Virus record (IMG/VR): IMGVR_UViG_3300021963_000023 | Span: 124,001-188,000 of that record | Strand: one strand, 5' to 3' | Length of the DNA: 64,000 bases | Part shown: positions 9,442-20,289 of the stretch, piece after piece | How the letters are laid out: every line of letters begins with the position of its first letter | Numbering within the stretch: position 1 is the stretch's first letter | Notes under the pieces: model-generated | The model's database searches: none | Told to the model about the DNA's origin: nothing | What the model saw: only the letters and a program-made list of their open reading frames with translations | Translations under genes and position numbers: made by a program

Positions 9442-11871
9442 ATGAAAGTATTAAAGAGAGACGGTACGTTAGAAGAAATGAGATATGACAAAATCACTAA
9501 AAGAATTAGTGCAATTTGTGATGATTTAAATATGGATTATGTTGATCCAACATTCATAACATTAAAAGTTACTTCAGGAATTTATGATGGGATATCAACA
9601 ACTGAATTAGATGTGCTAGCTGCAGAAACCGCTGCAGCTATGGTAACCACACATCCAGATTATGCGAAATTGGCGGGAAGATTAGCGGTTACCAATTTAC
9701 ACAAAACAACACCAAAGAAATTCTCTCAAGCAATTAAGGAATTGCATTCATTTATTGAACCCAAAACTGGTAAGGAATCATCATTGATTGATGATAATGT
9801 TTACAAGTTTGTTATGGAAAATAAAGAAGTGATTGATGGGGCTATTGTTTTTAATAGGGATTTTGATTTTGAATATTTTGGTTTCAAGACGTTGGAAAGA
9901 TCATATCTATTAAAGATTGCAGACAGAGTTGTTGAAAGACCACAGTATCTATATATGCGAGTTGCTGTTGGTATTTGTGGTGGTGATGTGCAAATGGCAC
10001 TTAGAATTTATGATGATTTATCACAACATTTTTATACTCACGCAACACCAACATTATTTAACGCAGGGACTAAAAGAGCACAAATGTCTTCTTGTTTTTT
10101 AATCGGGAATAAAGGTGATGATATTGATGGTTTATTTGATACTATTAAAGACGTTGCAAAGATTTCTAAGTGGGCAGGAGGAATTGGTTTACACGTTCAT
10201 GATGTTAGAGCTAAAGGTTCATATATCAAGGGAACCGGTGGACAGTCTGACGGTTTATTACCAATGATGAAAACATATAACGAAGTTGCTCGTTGGATTA
10301 ACCAAGGAGGAAAACGTAAAGGTTCATTTGCAGTATACCTTGAACCATGGCACGCCGACATTTTTGAATTTATTGATTTAAGAAAAAATCATGGTAAAGA
10401 AGAAATGAGAGCAAGAGATTTATTCTTGGCTATGTGGACACCAGATTTATTTATGCAGCGTGTTGAATCAGATGGTGACTGGTCATTATTCTCTCCAGAC
10501 GAAGCGCCTGGCTTATCTGAGGTATATGATAGCCCAGAAAACAAAGCATTCACTATATTGTATGAATCTTACGAACAACAAGGTTTAGCTAGAAAAACCA
10601 TTAAAGCTAGAAAGTTAATGGATGCAATATTAACTGCACAAATAGAAACTGGAACACCTTATATGTTATATAAAGATCCGGCTAACTATAAATCAAATCA
10701 AAAAAATCTAGGTACAATTAAATCATCTAATTTATGTACTGAGATTATTGAATATAGTTCACCAACTGAACAAGCGGTTTGTAATCTAGCTTCAATTGCT
10801 TTACCAAAATATATTATAAATGGTGTGTTTAGTCATGAGATGTTATATGAGTACACATATCAAGTTGTAAAGAACTTAAATAATGTTATTAACTTAAATT
10901 TCTACCCAACAGAAGAAACAAAAACATCTAACTTTAAACATAGACCAATTGGTTTGGGTGTTCAAGGGTTAGCCGATGTTTTTTGTATGTTAGGTTTACC
11001 ATTTGAAAGTGAAGATGCTGACGTTTTACAGACAGATATATTTGAGACAATTTATTTTGCAGCAATGACATCATCAAATGATTTAGCAAAAGAATATGGT
11101 CCTTATGAATCTATTGTTGGTTCACCAATTGAAAAGGGTGTGTTTCAATTTGAAATGTGGGGATTAAAAGATAAAGATTTATCTGGTAGATGGGATTGGA
11201 AAAAATTAAGAAAAGAGGTTGTTAACAATGGTGTTAGAAATTCTTTATTAATTGCTCCTATGCCTACAGCATCAACTGCACAAATTCTTGGTAATAACGA
11301 AGCTTTTGAACCATTCACAACTAATATGTATTCAAGAAGAACATTAGGTGGCGAGTTTATCGTTGTGAACAAACATTTAGTTAACGAACTTCTAAATTTA
11401 GGTTTATGGAATGAAGAACTTAAAAGAAAGTTGATAATGGAAAATGGTTCAATTCAAAACATACCAGAAATTCCTGTACAAATAAAAGAGGTATATAAGA
11501 CTGTTTGGGAAATGTCTCAAAAGAGAATTTTACAAATGGCCGCAAATAGAAGTGTGTTTATTGACCAATCTCAATCATTGAACTTATTTATTGATAACGC
11601 AACAAAACCAAAGTTATTGGCTGCCCATTTATTTGGTTGGAAACTTGGATTAAAAACCGGTATGTATTATTTAAGAACCAGATCAGCGGTTGATGCCATT
11701 AAAGGGTTAGGTATTGATACATCTGCAGCAAAGCCTACAGAAACTCAATTACCTTCGGTAACGTACCAAACAACACAAAAATCAATAATAAGTGAAGATA
11801 CACCTGAAGCGGTAATGACCAATGAAAGACCAACAGACTCTCCGTTTGATTGTGAGGGATGTGGATCATAA
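9442..11871 (+). CDS. nrdA: Ribonucleotide reductase class Ia alpha subunit with ATP cone
   Basis: N-terminal VLKRDG ATP cone; TPTLFNAG; SSCF; SNLCTEI; GLKTGMYY; C-terminal CEGC pair; no intein. Confidence 0.97.
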   Translation: MKVLKRDGTLEEMRYDKITKRISAICDDLNMDYVDPTFITLKVTSGIYDGISTTELDVLAAETAAAMVTTHPDYAKLAGRLAVTNLHKTTPKKFSQAIKELHSFIEPKTGKESSLIDDNVYKFVMENKEVIDGAIVFNRDFDFEYFGFKTLERSYLLKIADRVVERPQYLYMRVAVGICGGDVQMALRIYDDLSQHFYTHATPTLFNAGTKRAQMSSCFLIGNKGDDIDGLFDTIKDVAKISKWAGGIGLHVHDVRAKGSYIKGTGGQSDGLLPMMKTYNEVARWINQGGKRKGSFAVYLEPWHADIFEFIDLRKNHGKEEMRARDLFLAMWTPDLFMQRVESDGDWSLFSPDEAPGLSEVYDSPENKAFTILYESYEQQGLARKTIKARKLMDAILTAQIETGTPYMLYKDPANYKSNQKNLGTIKSSNLCTEIIEYSSPTEQAVCNLASIALPKYIINGVFSHEMLYEYTYQVVKNLNNVINLNFYPTEETKTSNFKHRPIGLGVQGLADVFCMLGLPFESEDADVLQTDIFETIYFAAMTSSNDLAKEYGPYESIVGSPIEKGVFQFEMWGLKDKDLSGRWDWKKLRKEVVNNGVRNSLLIAPMPTASTAQILGNNEAFEPFTTNMYSRRTLGGEFIVVNKHLVNELLNLGLWNEELKRKLIMENGSIQNIPEIPVQIKEVYKTVWEMSQKRILQMAANRSVFIDQSQSLNLFIDNATKPKLLAAHLFGWKLGLKTGMYYLRTRSAVDAIKGLGIDTSAAKPTETQLPSVTYQTTQKSIISEDTPEAVMTNERPTDSPFDCEGCGS

Positions 11872-11920
11872 GATAATGGGTAATACCCATAAAGTACTAT
11901 TTTTGGTTTAGCGACCTTTT

Positions 11921-11960
11921 TCGCGACATTTTTTAATTAAAGTGTCGCGATTTTTTATTT
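11921..11960 (+). terminator. Intrinsic terminator ending the replication operon
   Basis: tcgcgacatt...agtgtcgcga stem followed by ttttttattt. Confidence 0.8.
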
Positions 11961-11993
11961 ATATTCATTTTAGTATTGTTTATATTTATTGGT

Positions 11994-12446
11994 ATGGCTA
12001 CAAGGTATGGATTAGACTTTCCGTTTAGAGATAGTACACTAGGTGACTATGTTAGAATGACCCTAACAAGAGACGAAGAAATTCGTGCTAACTTGATTCA
12101 TTTATTATTGACCAGAAAGGGTAGTAGATATTTTTTACCTGATTTTGGAACAAGACTATATGATTATATATTTGATATGAACGATGTGGTGACATATAAT
12201 AGTATTGAAGATGAGATTAGAGAAAGTATTAAAACCTATATCCCTAATTTAGAAATAAACTCAATAAAAATAACAAACCCAGAATTAGATCCCACAGAGG
12301 AGTCGAGTATTAGTGAAGATGAGGACATTAGATTATTTAGAACTGGTGATTCGTCCACAAAACCATATACCGCTAAAATAAGGATTGATTACACAACAAA
12401 CAACGGAGCTTTCTCTAGTTCAGACTTCGTAATTATTAATATCTAA
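11994..12446 (+). CDS. Baseplate wedge protein, gp25-like
   Basis: IRANLIHLLLTRKGSRYFLPDFGTRLYDYIF is a gp25 signature; ATG at 11994 after TATTTATT. Confidence 0.88.
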   Translation: MATRYGLDFPFRDSTLGDYVRMTLTRDEEIRANLIHLLLTRKGSRYFLPDFGTRLYDYIFDMNDVVTYNSIEDEIRESIKTYIPNLEINSIKITNPELDPTEESSISEDEDIRLFRTGDSSTKPYTAKIRIDYTTNNGAFSSSDFVIINI

Positions 12447-12447
12447 T

Positions 12448-14280
12448 ATGAGCAAAAAAATAGCATATACCAATAGAGATTTCGCCGGTTTAAGACAGGA
12501 CCTAGTAAATTTTACTAAAGAATATTATCCTGATATAATTCAGAATACTAATGACGCATCAATATATTCAGTATTGTTGGATTTGAATGCAGCAATTGCA
12601 GACAATCTACACTTTCATATTGATAGAGTTTGGCAAGAAACGATGCTTGATTTCGCACAACAAAAACAGTCGTTATTTCATATAGCTAAAACTTATGGAA
12701 TCAGAATTCCAGGATCTAGACCTTCAGTTGCATTATGCGATTTCAGCATAAATGTACCAGCAAAGGGTGATAAAGATGATGATAGATACGAAGGTATTTT
12801 AAGAGCCGGGGCTCAAGTTTCTGGAGGCGGTCAAATATTTGAAACAATTTCTGATATTGATTTTTCAAACCCATTCAACGAAAAGGGTGAAACAAATAGA
12901 TTAAAAATACCAAACTTTGATAATAATAATAAGTTAATTTCATATACCATTACCAAAAGAGAACCGGTTGTAAATGGAGTAACAAAAATATTTAGAAAAG
13001 CTATAAGTCAAAGAGACCAAAAGCCTTTTGTTAAAATTTATTTACCAGAAAAGAACGTTCTTGGTGTAACAACAATTATTCATAAAGAAGGAACCTCATT
13101 TGCTGGTAACCCCACAAGTAGTGAATTTATCACAGAACAAAATAAATGGTACGAAGTGCAATCTTTAGTTCAGGACAAAGTGTTTGTTCCTAGCAAAACT
13201 GCGGTGTCGGATAAAAAGAATTTTAAAGCTGGTGAATATATTAGAGTTAATAATAAATTTATAACAGAATATACACCAGAAGGGTTTTTCTTTTTAACCT
13301 TTGGCTCTGGTAATGTTGATCCACTAGATAATTTAGACAATTATATTACAAATAACCTAAAGGTTAATCTATCAACATATTTGAATAATATGTCATTAGG
13401 CGCAATACCAAAACAAGACACAACTCTATTCATCAAATATCGAATTGGAGGCGGTAAAGAGAGTAATTTAGGGGTTGGGGTGATAAACAACATAGAGAAC
13501 GTTGATTTTAGTATAAATGGCCCAAATCAGACTGTAAATGACCAAGTTCTACAATCTTTGGTTGTTACAAATATAACCCCAGCAGTTGGTGGATCTGATC
13601 AACCGGTATTAGAAGAGTTAAGAGGGATGATTGCATATAATTTTGCGGCTCAAAATAGAGCGGTAACATTAAATGACTATAAATCTATGATTGAAACCAT
13701 GCCATCTACATATGGGGCACCGGCCAAAGTTAATGTTATGGAAGAGGATAACAAGGTTAGAATCAAGTTGTTGTCATATGATGAGAATGGTAATTTAACC
13801 GACGTTGTGTCAAACACCTTAAAACAAAACATTGTATCATATCTTTCTGAATTTAGAATGATTAATGATTATATTGATATTGTTAGCGGTGAAGTAATTG
13901 ATCTAGGACTACAAATAGATATTCTCTTAGATAAGAACCAAAACCAAACAGAAGTACTTCGTGAAATCATCGGGGCTACCACATCTTATTTCTCAATTGA
14001 CAAAAGAAAAATGGGAGATCCATTATTTGTTGGTGAATTAATGAAAGAAGTAAATAACGTTCCTGGTGTTGTCAATGTTATTGATGTTAGAGTTTATAAT
14101 AAGATTGGTGGGGAATATTCATCATCTCAGGTTACTCAAAGCTACAAAGATGCTATTACTAAAGAAATTGCTCAAAGCAATATGACAGTATATATGAAAT
14201 CAAATCAAATATTTCAAATTAGATTCCCTCAAAAAGATATACAAATTAGGGTTATAACATTAGGAACGACTACATATTAA
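12448..14280 (+). CDS. Baseplate wedge protein, gp6 / baseplate J-like
   Basis: RDFAGLRQDL..., A.TYG.R, PAVGGSD, AQNRAVTLNDY motifs; follows gp25. Confidence 0.88.
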   Translation: MSKKIAYTNRDFAGLRQDLVNFTKEYYPDIIQNTNDASIYSVLLDLNAAIADNLHFHIDRVWQETMLDFAQQKQSLFHIAKTYGIRIPGSRPSVALCDFSINVPAKGDKDDDRYEGILRAGAQVSGGGQIFETISDIDFSNPFNEKGETNRLKIPNFDNNNKLISYTITKREPVVNGVTKIFRKAISQRDQKPFVKIYLPEKNVLGVTTIIHKEGTSFAGNPTSSEFITEQNKWYEVQSLVQDKVFVPSKTAVSDKKNFKAGEYIRVNNKFITEYTPEGFFFLTFGSGNVDPLDNLDNYITNNLKVNLSTYLNNMSLGAIPKQDTTLFIKYRIGGGKESNLGVGVINNIENVDFSINGPNQTVNDQVLQSLVVTNITPAVGGSDQPVLEELRGMIAYNFAAQNRAVTLNDYKSMIETMPSTYGAPAKVNVMEEDNKVRIKLLSYDENGNLTDVVSNTLKQNIVSYLSEFRMINDYIDIVSGEVIDLGLQIDILLDKNQNQTEVLREIIGATTSYFSIDKRKMGDPLFVGELMKEVNNVPGVVNVIDVRVYNKIGGEYSSSQVTQSYKDAITKEIAQSNMTVYMKSNQIFQIRFPQKDIQIRVITLGTTTY

Positions 14281-14326
14281 CGGATATTTTACTTATCTTT
14301 TTCTTAATGGAAAACGTATGAGTTTC

Positions 14327-14334
14327 TATTTATA
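14327..14334 (+). promoter_or_regulatory. TATTTATA motif (putative late promoter), representative site
   Basis: Same motif at 22267, 34206, 34877, 36523, 48233, minus strand 59134-59141; TATTTAT variants at 2261, 11983, 55050, 59223, 61818. Confidence 0.65.
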
Positions 14335-14340
14335 GTTAAT

Positions 14341-17300
14341 ATGATTCAGAAGCACAGAATTAATACACAATTACAGACGGACAAAAAGGTTGTTGTTGAA
14401 CTTAAGCAAGATTATGATCTTTTAGAGATCTTATCTTTAAAATTCACACAACAAGACGCTTATACCTCTTTATGTGCCGATTATGGTGTTGTTTGTGGTA
14501 GAATTACAGCAAACAATGGATTAGGTGTACCTAACGCTAGAGTTTCCATATTGGTTCCGTTATCAGATAAGGATGTGCTAGATCCGGTGGTTTCTGCTCT
14601 TTATCCATACAAATTATCAAGTGATAAGAATGCGGATGGTTATCGTTACAATTTACTACCAGCTAGAAAGCAACACGGTGGTCACACCCCAACAGGAACA
14701 TTTTTTGATCAAACAGATATATTAAGTAGAGAAGAATACCTTGAGGTATTTGAAAAATATTACAGATATACAGTTAAAACTAATTCTTCTGGTGATTTTA
14801 TGATCTGGGGAGTCCCATTAGGCGAACAACAATTACATGTTGATGTTGATTTATCAGATATGGGTTGTTTTTCTTTAAGACCCTTTGATTTTATAAGACT
14901 AGGTGAAGATGAAAACAAATTTGATAGATTTTTTAAATTTAAATCAGACACAGATTTAGACGGACTACCACAAATTGTTTCTTTTAATCAAACTGTAGAT
15001 ATTGCACCATTTTGGGGTAATGTTGATTTATGTCAAATTGGTATAACAAGGACAGATTTTGATTTGTCTAATTATGGTATTAAAATCGACCCTGTTTCAT
15101 TATTGTTGATCTCAACAGTAACCGATTCAAATGATGATGCGGTTAAAAGAAGTGGTGTAATTAGAAGAAAAAGTGGTTATAAATGTAATCTACAAACTAG
15201 TGATGGTAAAATTGAGGGTGTTAGGTTTACAGGAAAAAAAGTAAAAGGATCTGATGGTGTTACTTTATACCCAGAGTTAGAATATTTTAGTCCAGGTACA
15301 ATTGAAGAAGATGGTTCATCTATGGCTGTTGTATCAATGAACCTCGATTATATGTACACGAATGAGTTTGGTGAACAAGAATATACAAATGATTCAAATA
15401 AAGGTATAGCAACATCAGCAGTATCAAGATTTAAAATATCATTAAGTGATTCATCTCAAGGGTCAACCAAGGGTACAACATCTGCCGTTTATTTAACACC
15501 AAATATTAGAGAATTTAACAAGTATACTACTGGGGTGGCTAGTGAATATAGTGAAGCTATTTTATCTTCATATGTGTTTTCTGACGTTTTTGAAGATTAT
15601 TTAAAAGTACTAACACCAGATGGTGTTACACTAGAACCCTTAACAACGGGAGAAAGAAATCATAAAAAAGATTTAATTTTAGGTATAAATAATAATAACA
15701 TACCAGAAGATTATTTTTATAAATTTATCTATGGTAAGGTATACACGCCAACCTCTTTTCAGGGTTCACATTATGAGGTATCAGGAGTTGAAAGTTTCTT
15801 CGGGGCAACAAGAAGAGACGCATTTTTAGGTTTAAAAGAAATAAGACCTAATGTAGAAGATGATTGTACCGGAACAACAAACTATATACCAACAAACTTT
15901 GCATTCAGAAATAGAATAAAATTTTCGTTATTAGTTTCACAAGTATTATTATTTGTGCAATTTATTTTTTCAATTATATTAATAAAATTTGCGGAATTAA
16001 CTGGTAGTTTTTTCTGGACAGTGTCACAAGTTTTTTATGATATATATTTTGGTTGGCCATTTAACTGGAGACCATTTGAAAGATTTTCAGAACAACTAAA
16101 AGATTTAGCATATAGACTTTCAGATAGACTTACACAACAATTGTCTTTAACAATATATCCAGATTGTGAAGAATGTACAACAGATGATTCTGGAATTGTT
16201 AAAGACATTTCTAGTTCTAACAATTATTGTAGAATTGGTGAAGCTAATTTTCTTACCTCTGCTCCAGAATTATTGGGTGTTAAAAAGGTCTTATTAGTAA
16301 TCCCCAATACGTTATCGTCCAGTAGATATAAAAATCTATCAACAGATACCACACTTTTACCCGATAGATTTACCGGTCAATTTGCTAAAGATAATGAAGG
16401 TGGATGTAGTGGAACAACATCACCATCATATTCTGCATTAAATGGCCTTTCAGCATTAACAGCGACAATTCCTGACGACCCATCATCAAATTATAGATAT
16501 TATGCTGAATTTTATTCATCACCAACGTCCGGAACAGGTGGTTCTTTTACTCCGTTTATCGGTGCAATGAAAAACGTTCAAACTGATGCTTCAGATTTTA
16601 AAATAGAATCTTACTCGTATCCAAGTGGTGATCCCTTTCTTGATGTTTTTATGCCAACCATAATAACAAATGGAGGAGGTACTACTTCAGGTGGGGCCAA
16701 ATATATTGTTTTTTCAACACAAGAATGGTTAGATATAACTGGTGTTAACTTACAAGAATCTGGTATTTTACCTAATAACACAACAATAAGAATTTATGAT
16801 AGAGCAACAATTAAAGACCCTTCATTAGTTGGTACAACTTTAGATATTGAAACTGGTTGTCAAAAATATGATAAATTTTATAATGAAAGTAATGCTTATA
16901 AATATTTCTTTGGTACTGGAGCATATGGTTCACCAACAGATCCATTAAATCCACCAACATATTCAACTGGTTATCTTGAACAGTCAACTGCAACAGCACC
17001 AAGTGGTGCACATTCATTATTATCAACAATTTCTGGTGGGGCATCTACTAGAAGATTACCATATAAGCAATCATGGAGAAAAATCTCTAATTCAACATAT
17101 GATAGAAAAACAAAATCTGGATTAAGTGAGATAAGAGATGGTGTGTTTACTATTATTCCAGTAATTGATGGCGAGACAAAAAATGGAAGTCTTTTATTAG
17201 AGTGGTACAGAAGAAAACGTGTCGGCTTATTTTTCTGTGGTGGTATAACTAACTATTCATATATTGATAATTGGTTACATGGTTTATTATATTTCTTTAA

Positions 17301-18534
17301 ATTTGATTATAGAATTAAATGGGATGATATTGGTGTTTTAGATTTAAACCAACGAGGTTCAAAATATCCAAGAGAATTGGTTTTCTTTAATGTATTAGAT
17401 CAAAAGTTCTATTATAGAAGCACACCATATAATCCTACTACACAGACATTTATTGGTCAATCATATTCTGGATATAAAGAAATTCTACACCCTACAACAT
17501 TATATGACGTTGGTGTAAGAGATGAATTTTTTGATGAAATATGTTTTGATCCTATGGTAGACCCGAATTGTTCTGTTATTAGAGATCTAACAACAACATC
17601 ATATCAAGATCCCGGAAATGTAATTGAACACGTTATTAATTATAGAATGGATGTTTCTGCAGCAAAAGCGGATGTTGATACTTTCTTTACAAATAGTGGT
17701 TATAGTTTTGGTAATGTTATGGATGGTGATGCGTTACAATTAATATCAATAAATTGTGAAGCCGGTATTGAAGCGTTTGATTTGGATACCGTTCATTATT
17801 TTATGTTTAATGGCGAATTATTAGACCCAGAAGATACAACAAATATGGCCTATTTTAAACGTGGATCTAGTTGGGGGCCAACACCTATTGATTTTAAATT
17901 AGATCAAAATGGTGTATTGGTTAGATATTGTTTAAATTATAGATTAGGTGATTACACACAAAAAGTTCCTTTCTTTTTATGGGATAAAAAGGGTGAAGAA
18001 TTTGGCGCTGATGATGATCAACTATGGGATAGAACATCAATAGGTGTTCAAAAACTACAAAGAATGTTTTCAATTGGTTCTACAAGTAGCACAACAACAA
18101 ATTATTTAATGCCAGATGGTGAAGAGGAATACTTAATAAAACCAATGACAAGGGCTCACGATACAATTCCATTCTTAGGAAATTACCCAGATATGTTAGA
18201 AAGATTTGAAGTAATTGTTAGTGGGCAAACACCATCGAACCCTACAAGGTATGTTGAAGGTGATCTTTGGTTAAATGTAATATCGGGTACAACCAAGGAC
18301 CCAATAACAGGTAACATACATGTTATGGTTAGTGGTGCTTGGTCTTCAGCAATACCATATGTTAAAAATAGTAACGAAACATTTATATTTAAAACTGCTA
18401 AAAATTATTCTGGAAACAAACAAGTATTGTCAACACCATTTCATTTCTATTTTGGATTAAGACCAGGAAGTTCGTCTTATGATAAGTTTATAAAATATTA
18501 CGGGCCTAAAGGTGCGTTTACATCAGGAGAATAA
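14341..18534 (+). CDS. Large baseplate/tail-associated protein (1397 aa) with N-terminal carboxypeptidase-regulatory-like beta domain and an internal hydrophobic segment
   Basis: GVVCGRITANNGLGVPNARVSI...TNSSGDFMIWGVPLG pattern; position after gp6; TATTTATA upstream. Confidence 0.55.
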   Translation: MIQKHRINTQLQTDKKVVVELKQDYDLLEILSLKFTQQDAYTSLCADYGVVCGRITANNGLGVPNARVSILVPLSDKDVLDPVVSALYPYKLSSDKNADGYRYNLLPARKQHGGHTPTGTFFDQTDILSREEYLEVFEKYYRYTVKTNSSGDFMIWGVPLGEQQLHVDVDLSDMGCFSLRPFDFIRLGEDENKFDRFFKFKSDTDLDGLPQIVSFNQTVDIAPFWGNVDLCQIGITRTDFDLSNYGIKIDPVSLLLISTVTDSNDDAVKRSGVIRRKSGYKCNLQTSDGKIEGVRFTGKKVKGSDGVTLYPELEYFSPGTIEEDGSSMAVVSMNLDYMYTNEFGEQEYTNDSNKGIATSAVSRFKISLSDSSQGSTKGTTSAVYLTPNIREFNKYTTGVASEYSEAILSSYVFSDVFEDYLKVLTPDGVTLEPLTTGERNHKKDLILGINNNNIPEDYFYKFIYGKVYTPTSFQGSHYEVSGVESFFGATRRDAFLGLKEIRPNVEDDCTGTTNYIPTNFAFRNRIKFSLLVSQVLLFVQFIFSIILIKFAELTGSFFWTVSQVFYDIYFGWPFNWRPFERFSEQLKDLAYRLSDRLTQQLSLTIYPDCEECTTDDSGIVKDISSSNNYCRIGEANFLTSAPELLGVKKVLLVIPNTLSSSRYKNLSTDTTLLPDRFTGQFAKDNEGGCSGTTSPSYSALNGLSALTATIPDDPSSNYRYYAEFYSSPTSGTGGSFTPFIGAMKNVQTDASDFKIESYSYPSGDPFLDVFMPTIITNGGGTTSGGAKYIVFSTQEWLDITGVNLQESGILPNNTTIRIYDRATIKDPSLVGTTLDIETGCQKYDKFYNESNAYKYFFGTGAYGSPTDPLNPPTYSTGYLEQSTATAPSGAHSLLSTISGGASTRRLPYKQSWRKISNSTYDRKTKSGLSEIRDGVFTIIPVIDGETKNGSLLLEWYRRKRVGLFFCGGITNYSYIDNWLHGLLYFFKFDYRIKWDDIGVLDLNQRGSKYPRELVFFNVLDQKFYYRSTPYNPTTQTFIGQSYSGYKEILHPTTLYDVGVRDEFFDEICFDPMVDPNCSVIRDLTTTSYQDPGNVIEHVINYRMDVSAAKADVDTFFTNSGYSFGNVMDGDALQLISINCEAGIEAFDLDTVHYFMFNGELLDPEDTTNMAYFKRGSSWGPTPIDFKLDQNGVLVRYCLNYRLGDYTQKVPFFLWDKKGEEFGADDDQLWDRTSIGVQKLQRMFSIGSTSSTTTNYLMPDGEEEYLIKPMTRAHDTIPFLGNYPDMLERFEVIVSGQTPSNPTRYVEGDLWLNVISGTTKDPITGNIHVMVSGAWSSAIPYVKNSNETFIFKTAKNYSGNKQVLSTPFHFYFGLRPGSSSYDKFIKYYGPKGAFTSGE

Positions 18535-20288
18535 TGGAAAAGAAACAAATTATATTACCGGAAAAACGTTATGTTAAAGCACCCATTCAAGACGAGGTAG
18601 TTCGTATTGGGTTAGAAACAACTGAAGAATTATTACGCGAAGGTGATAGAAGTATTATTTTAGATTTGGAAGAATTATTTTCTGACGAAAGAAATGAAAG
18701 TAAGAATTATAAAATATATGGTAAGATAAAGATGGTTTTCAGAAACATGTATAGAGGTGAAGCCGTATATCCAAATTTACAGGATTATCTTTATTTACAT
18801 GGTGATGGTGGTTCAACAAACGATTGGAGTGGATATCTAGCTTATGATGAATTTGCATTTATAAGAAGAGATACATATAAACAAGATATTGATATTCCTG
18901 TTGTTAGCGGATCAACATATGGTACATACAACCATAACCAATTGACCACAGTACCAACAAGACCAGTCAATAAACACCAATCTATTTCTAATATGAACGC
19001 ACCATATCATAATTGGAATTTATATTTGAGTTATGTTTATTCTGGTGACACCACTTTCCCAATGAAATATACATTAAGTGGAGCAACAAAGGTTGAGGGA
19101 ACAAATATTAAAACATTTGTTAGTGGAGATGGTATTCCTTGTAGAGTTGAAAGTAAAACCGGTTATTATAAATTAATATCACCAATTAAACATGGTGTTA
19201 ATAATGGTGAGTTTGTTATCATTAGTGGAAAAACATATTCTGTTTCAAGTTTAGGCGATGACAAGTATGATTCTGAGAATTATGTTATTAATTTAAATAA
19301 AGCAGGATTTAGTGGTGTTACATTACCTGGTGTTATAACAATCAAGAGATGTATTGATGAAAGAAATATAACCGGAACCACATCAACATATTATGTTCAC
19401 AAACATAAAACATTAACAAAATCAACTGATTATATTTTAGATAAAGCTGGGTTTGAAAGTACAATTTTTGAAGAAGAAAAAAAATTATTATTTGAAAGTT
19501 TTGACGGTCACAACGATTTACTAGTTGAAAGAAATAGGATGGAGTCTTTAATATTTGATTTTAAAGATTATTTTATTTTAACTGGATTAACAAATAATTT
19601 AGGCTACACTCCTAGTGATGTTTATGTAACTACCATATTTAGAAACGGTTCTGGATATTTTGAATACCCGCCAAAGAATGGTTATAAATTTCATTTACAT
19701 AATGAATGGATAGACAACCATTTTGCACAAACCACAGGAATAACTGATTCATCAATGACTAAAAGTAGTTGGACGGTAAGTGGAACAACATTTTATTCTG
19801 GTAACTCATTAAGTGTTGGATCAATACTAACTGGTGCTTTTGTTGAATATAATCCTAGTGAATTAAAAGAAAGAATTATTTCTGAATCTATACATAAATT
19901 AGAGATACCAACAAATATATTTAATCACGAACAAGCTCAAACAGTTACCGGGTTCACTGGTAGTACATCAACAAATAAAATGGGGTTATATTATTACCCA
20001 CATAACAGAATTAAACTTAGACAATTATCTGGTTATATAGAAACATCTAGCACAACAAATATTGCTGATCTACCAGATAACGCAAGATATTTTCCAGATC
20101 AAGGATTATGGAAATGGAGAGATGTTTTTGATCATGGATATATAGATGAAGATGGTAATGGTACCGATTACCCGTTTGTAAATAATCAACATTATGTTAA
20201 AACTGATATAAATTTTTATTTTGGAAACGAAAGAGAGTATAATAATAAAACAGATGGGTTTAAAGGATTTGGTGACGTAAATTGTTAA
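18534..20288 (+). CDS. Putative virion structural protein (584 aa)
   Basis: Overlapping stop/start with previous gene; T/S/G-rich beta-type composition. Confidence 0.55.
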   Translation: MEKKQIILPEKRYVKAPIQDEVVRIGLETTEELLREGDRSIILDLEELFSDERNESKNYKIYGKIKMVFRNMYRGEAVYPNLQDYLYLHGDGGSTNDWSGYLAYDEFAFIRRDTYKQDIDIPVVSGSTYGTYNHNQLTTVPTRPVNKHQSISNMNAPYHNWNLYLSYVYSGDTTFPMKYTLSGATKVEGTNIKTFVSGDGIPCRVESKTGYYKLISPIKHGVNNGEFVIISGKTYSVSSLGDDKYDSENYVINLNKAGFSGVTLPGVITIKRCIDERNITGTTSTYYVHKHKTLTKSTDYILDKAGFESTIFEEEKKLLFESFDGHNDLLVERNRMESLIFDFKDYFILTGLTNNLGYTPSDVYVTTIFRNGSGYFEYPPKNGYKFHLHNEWIDNHFAQTTGITDSSMTKSSWTVSGTTFYSGNSLSVGSILTGAFVEYNPSELKERIISESIHKLEIPTNIFNHEQAQTVTGFTGSTSTNKMGLYYYPHNRIKLRQLSGYIETSSTTNIADLPDNARYFPDQGLWKWRDVFDHGYIDEDGNGTDYPFVNNQHYVKTDINFYFGNEREYNNKTDGFKGFGDVNC

Positions 20289-20289
20289 A

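Noticed and set aside
7047-11871. Inteins or introns in helicase or RNR
   Set aside because: Lengths and motif spacing are typical; no Hint or homing-endonuclease insertions are visible.
11876-11890. Small palindrome atgggtaatacccat after nrdA
   Set aside because: A 6-bp stem with no further support; the stronger terminator at 11921 explains the region.
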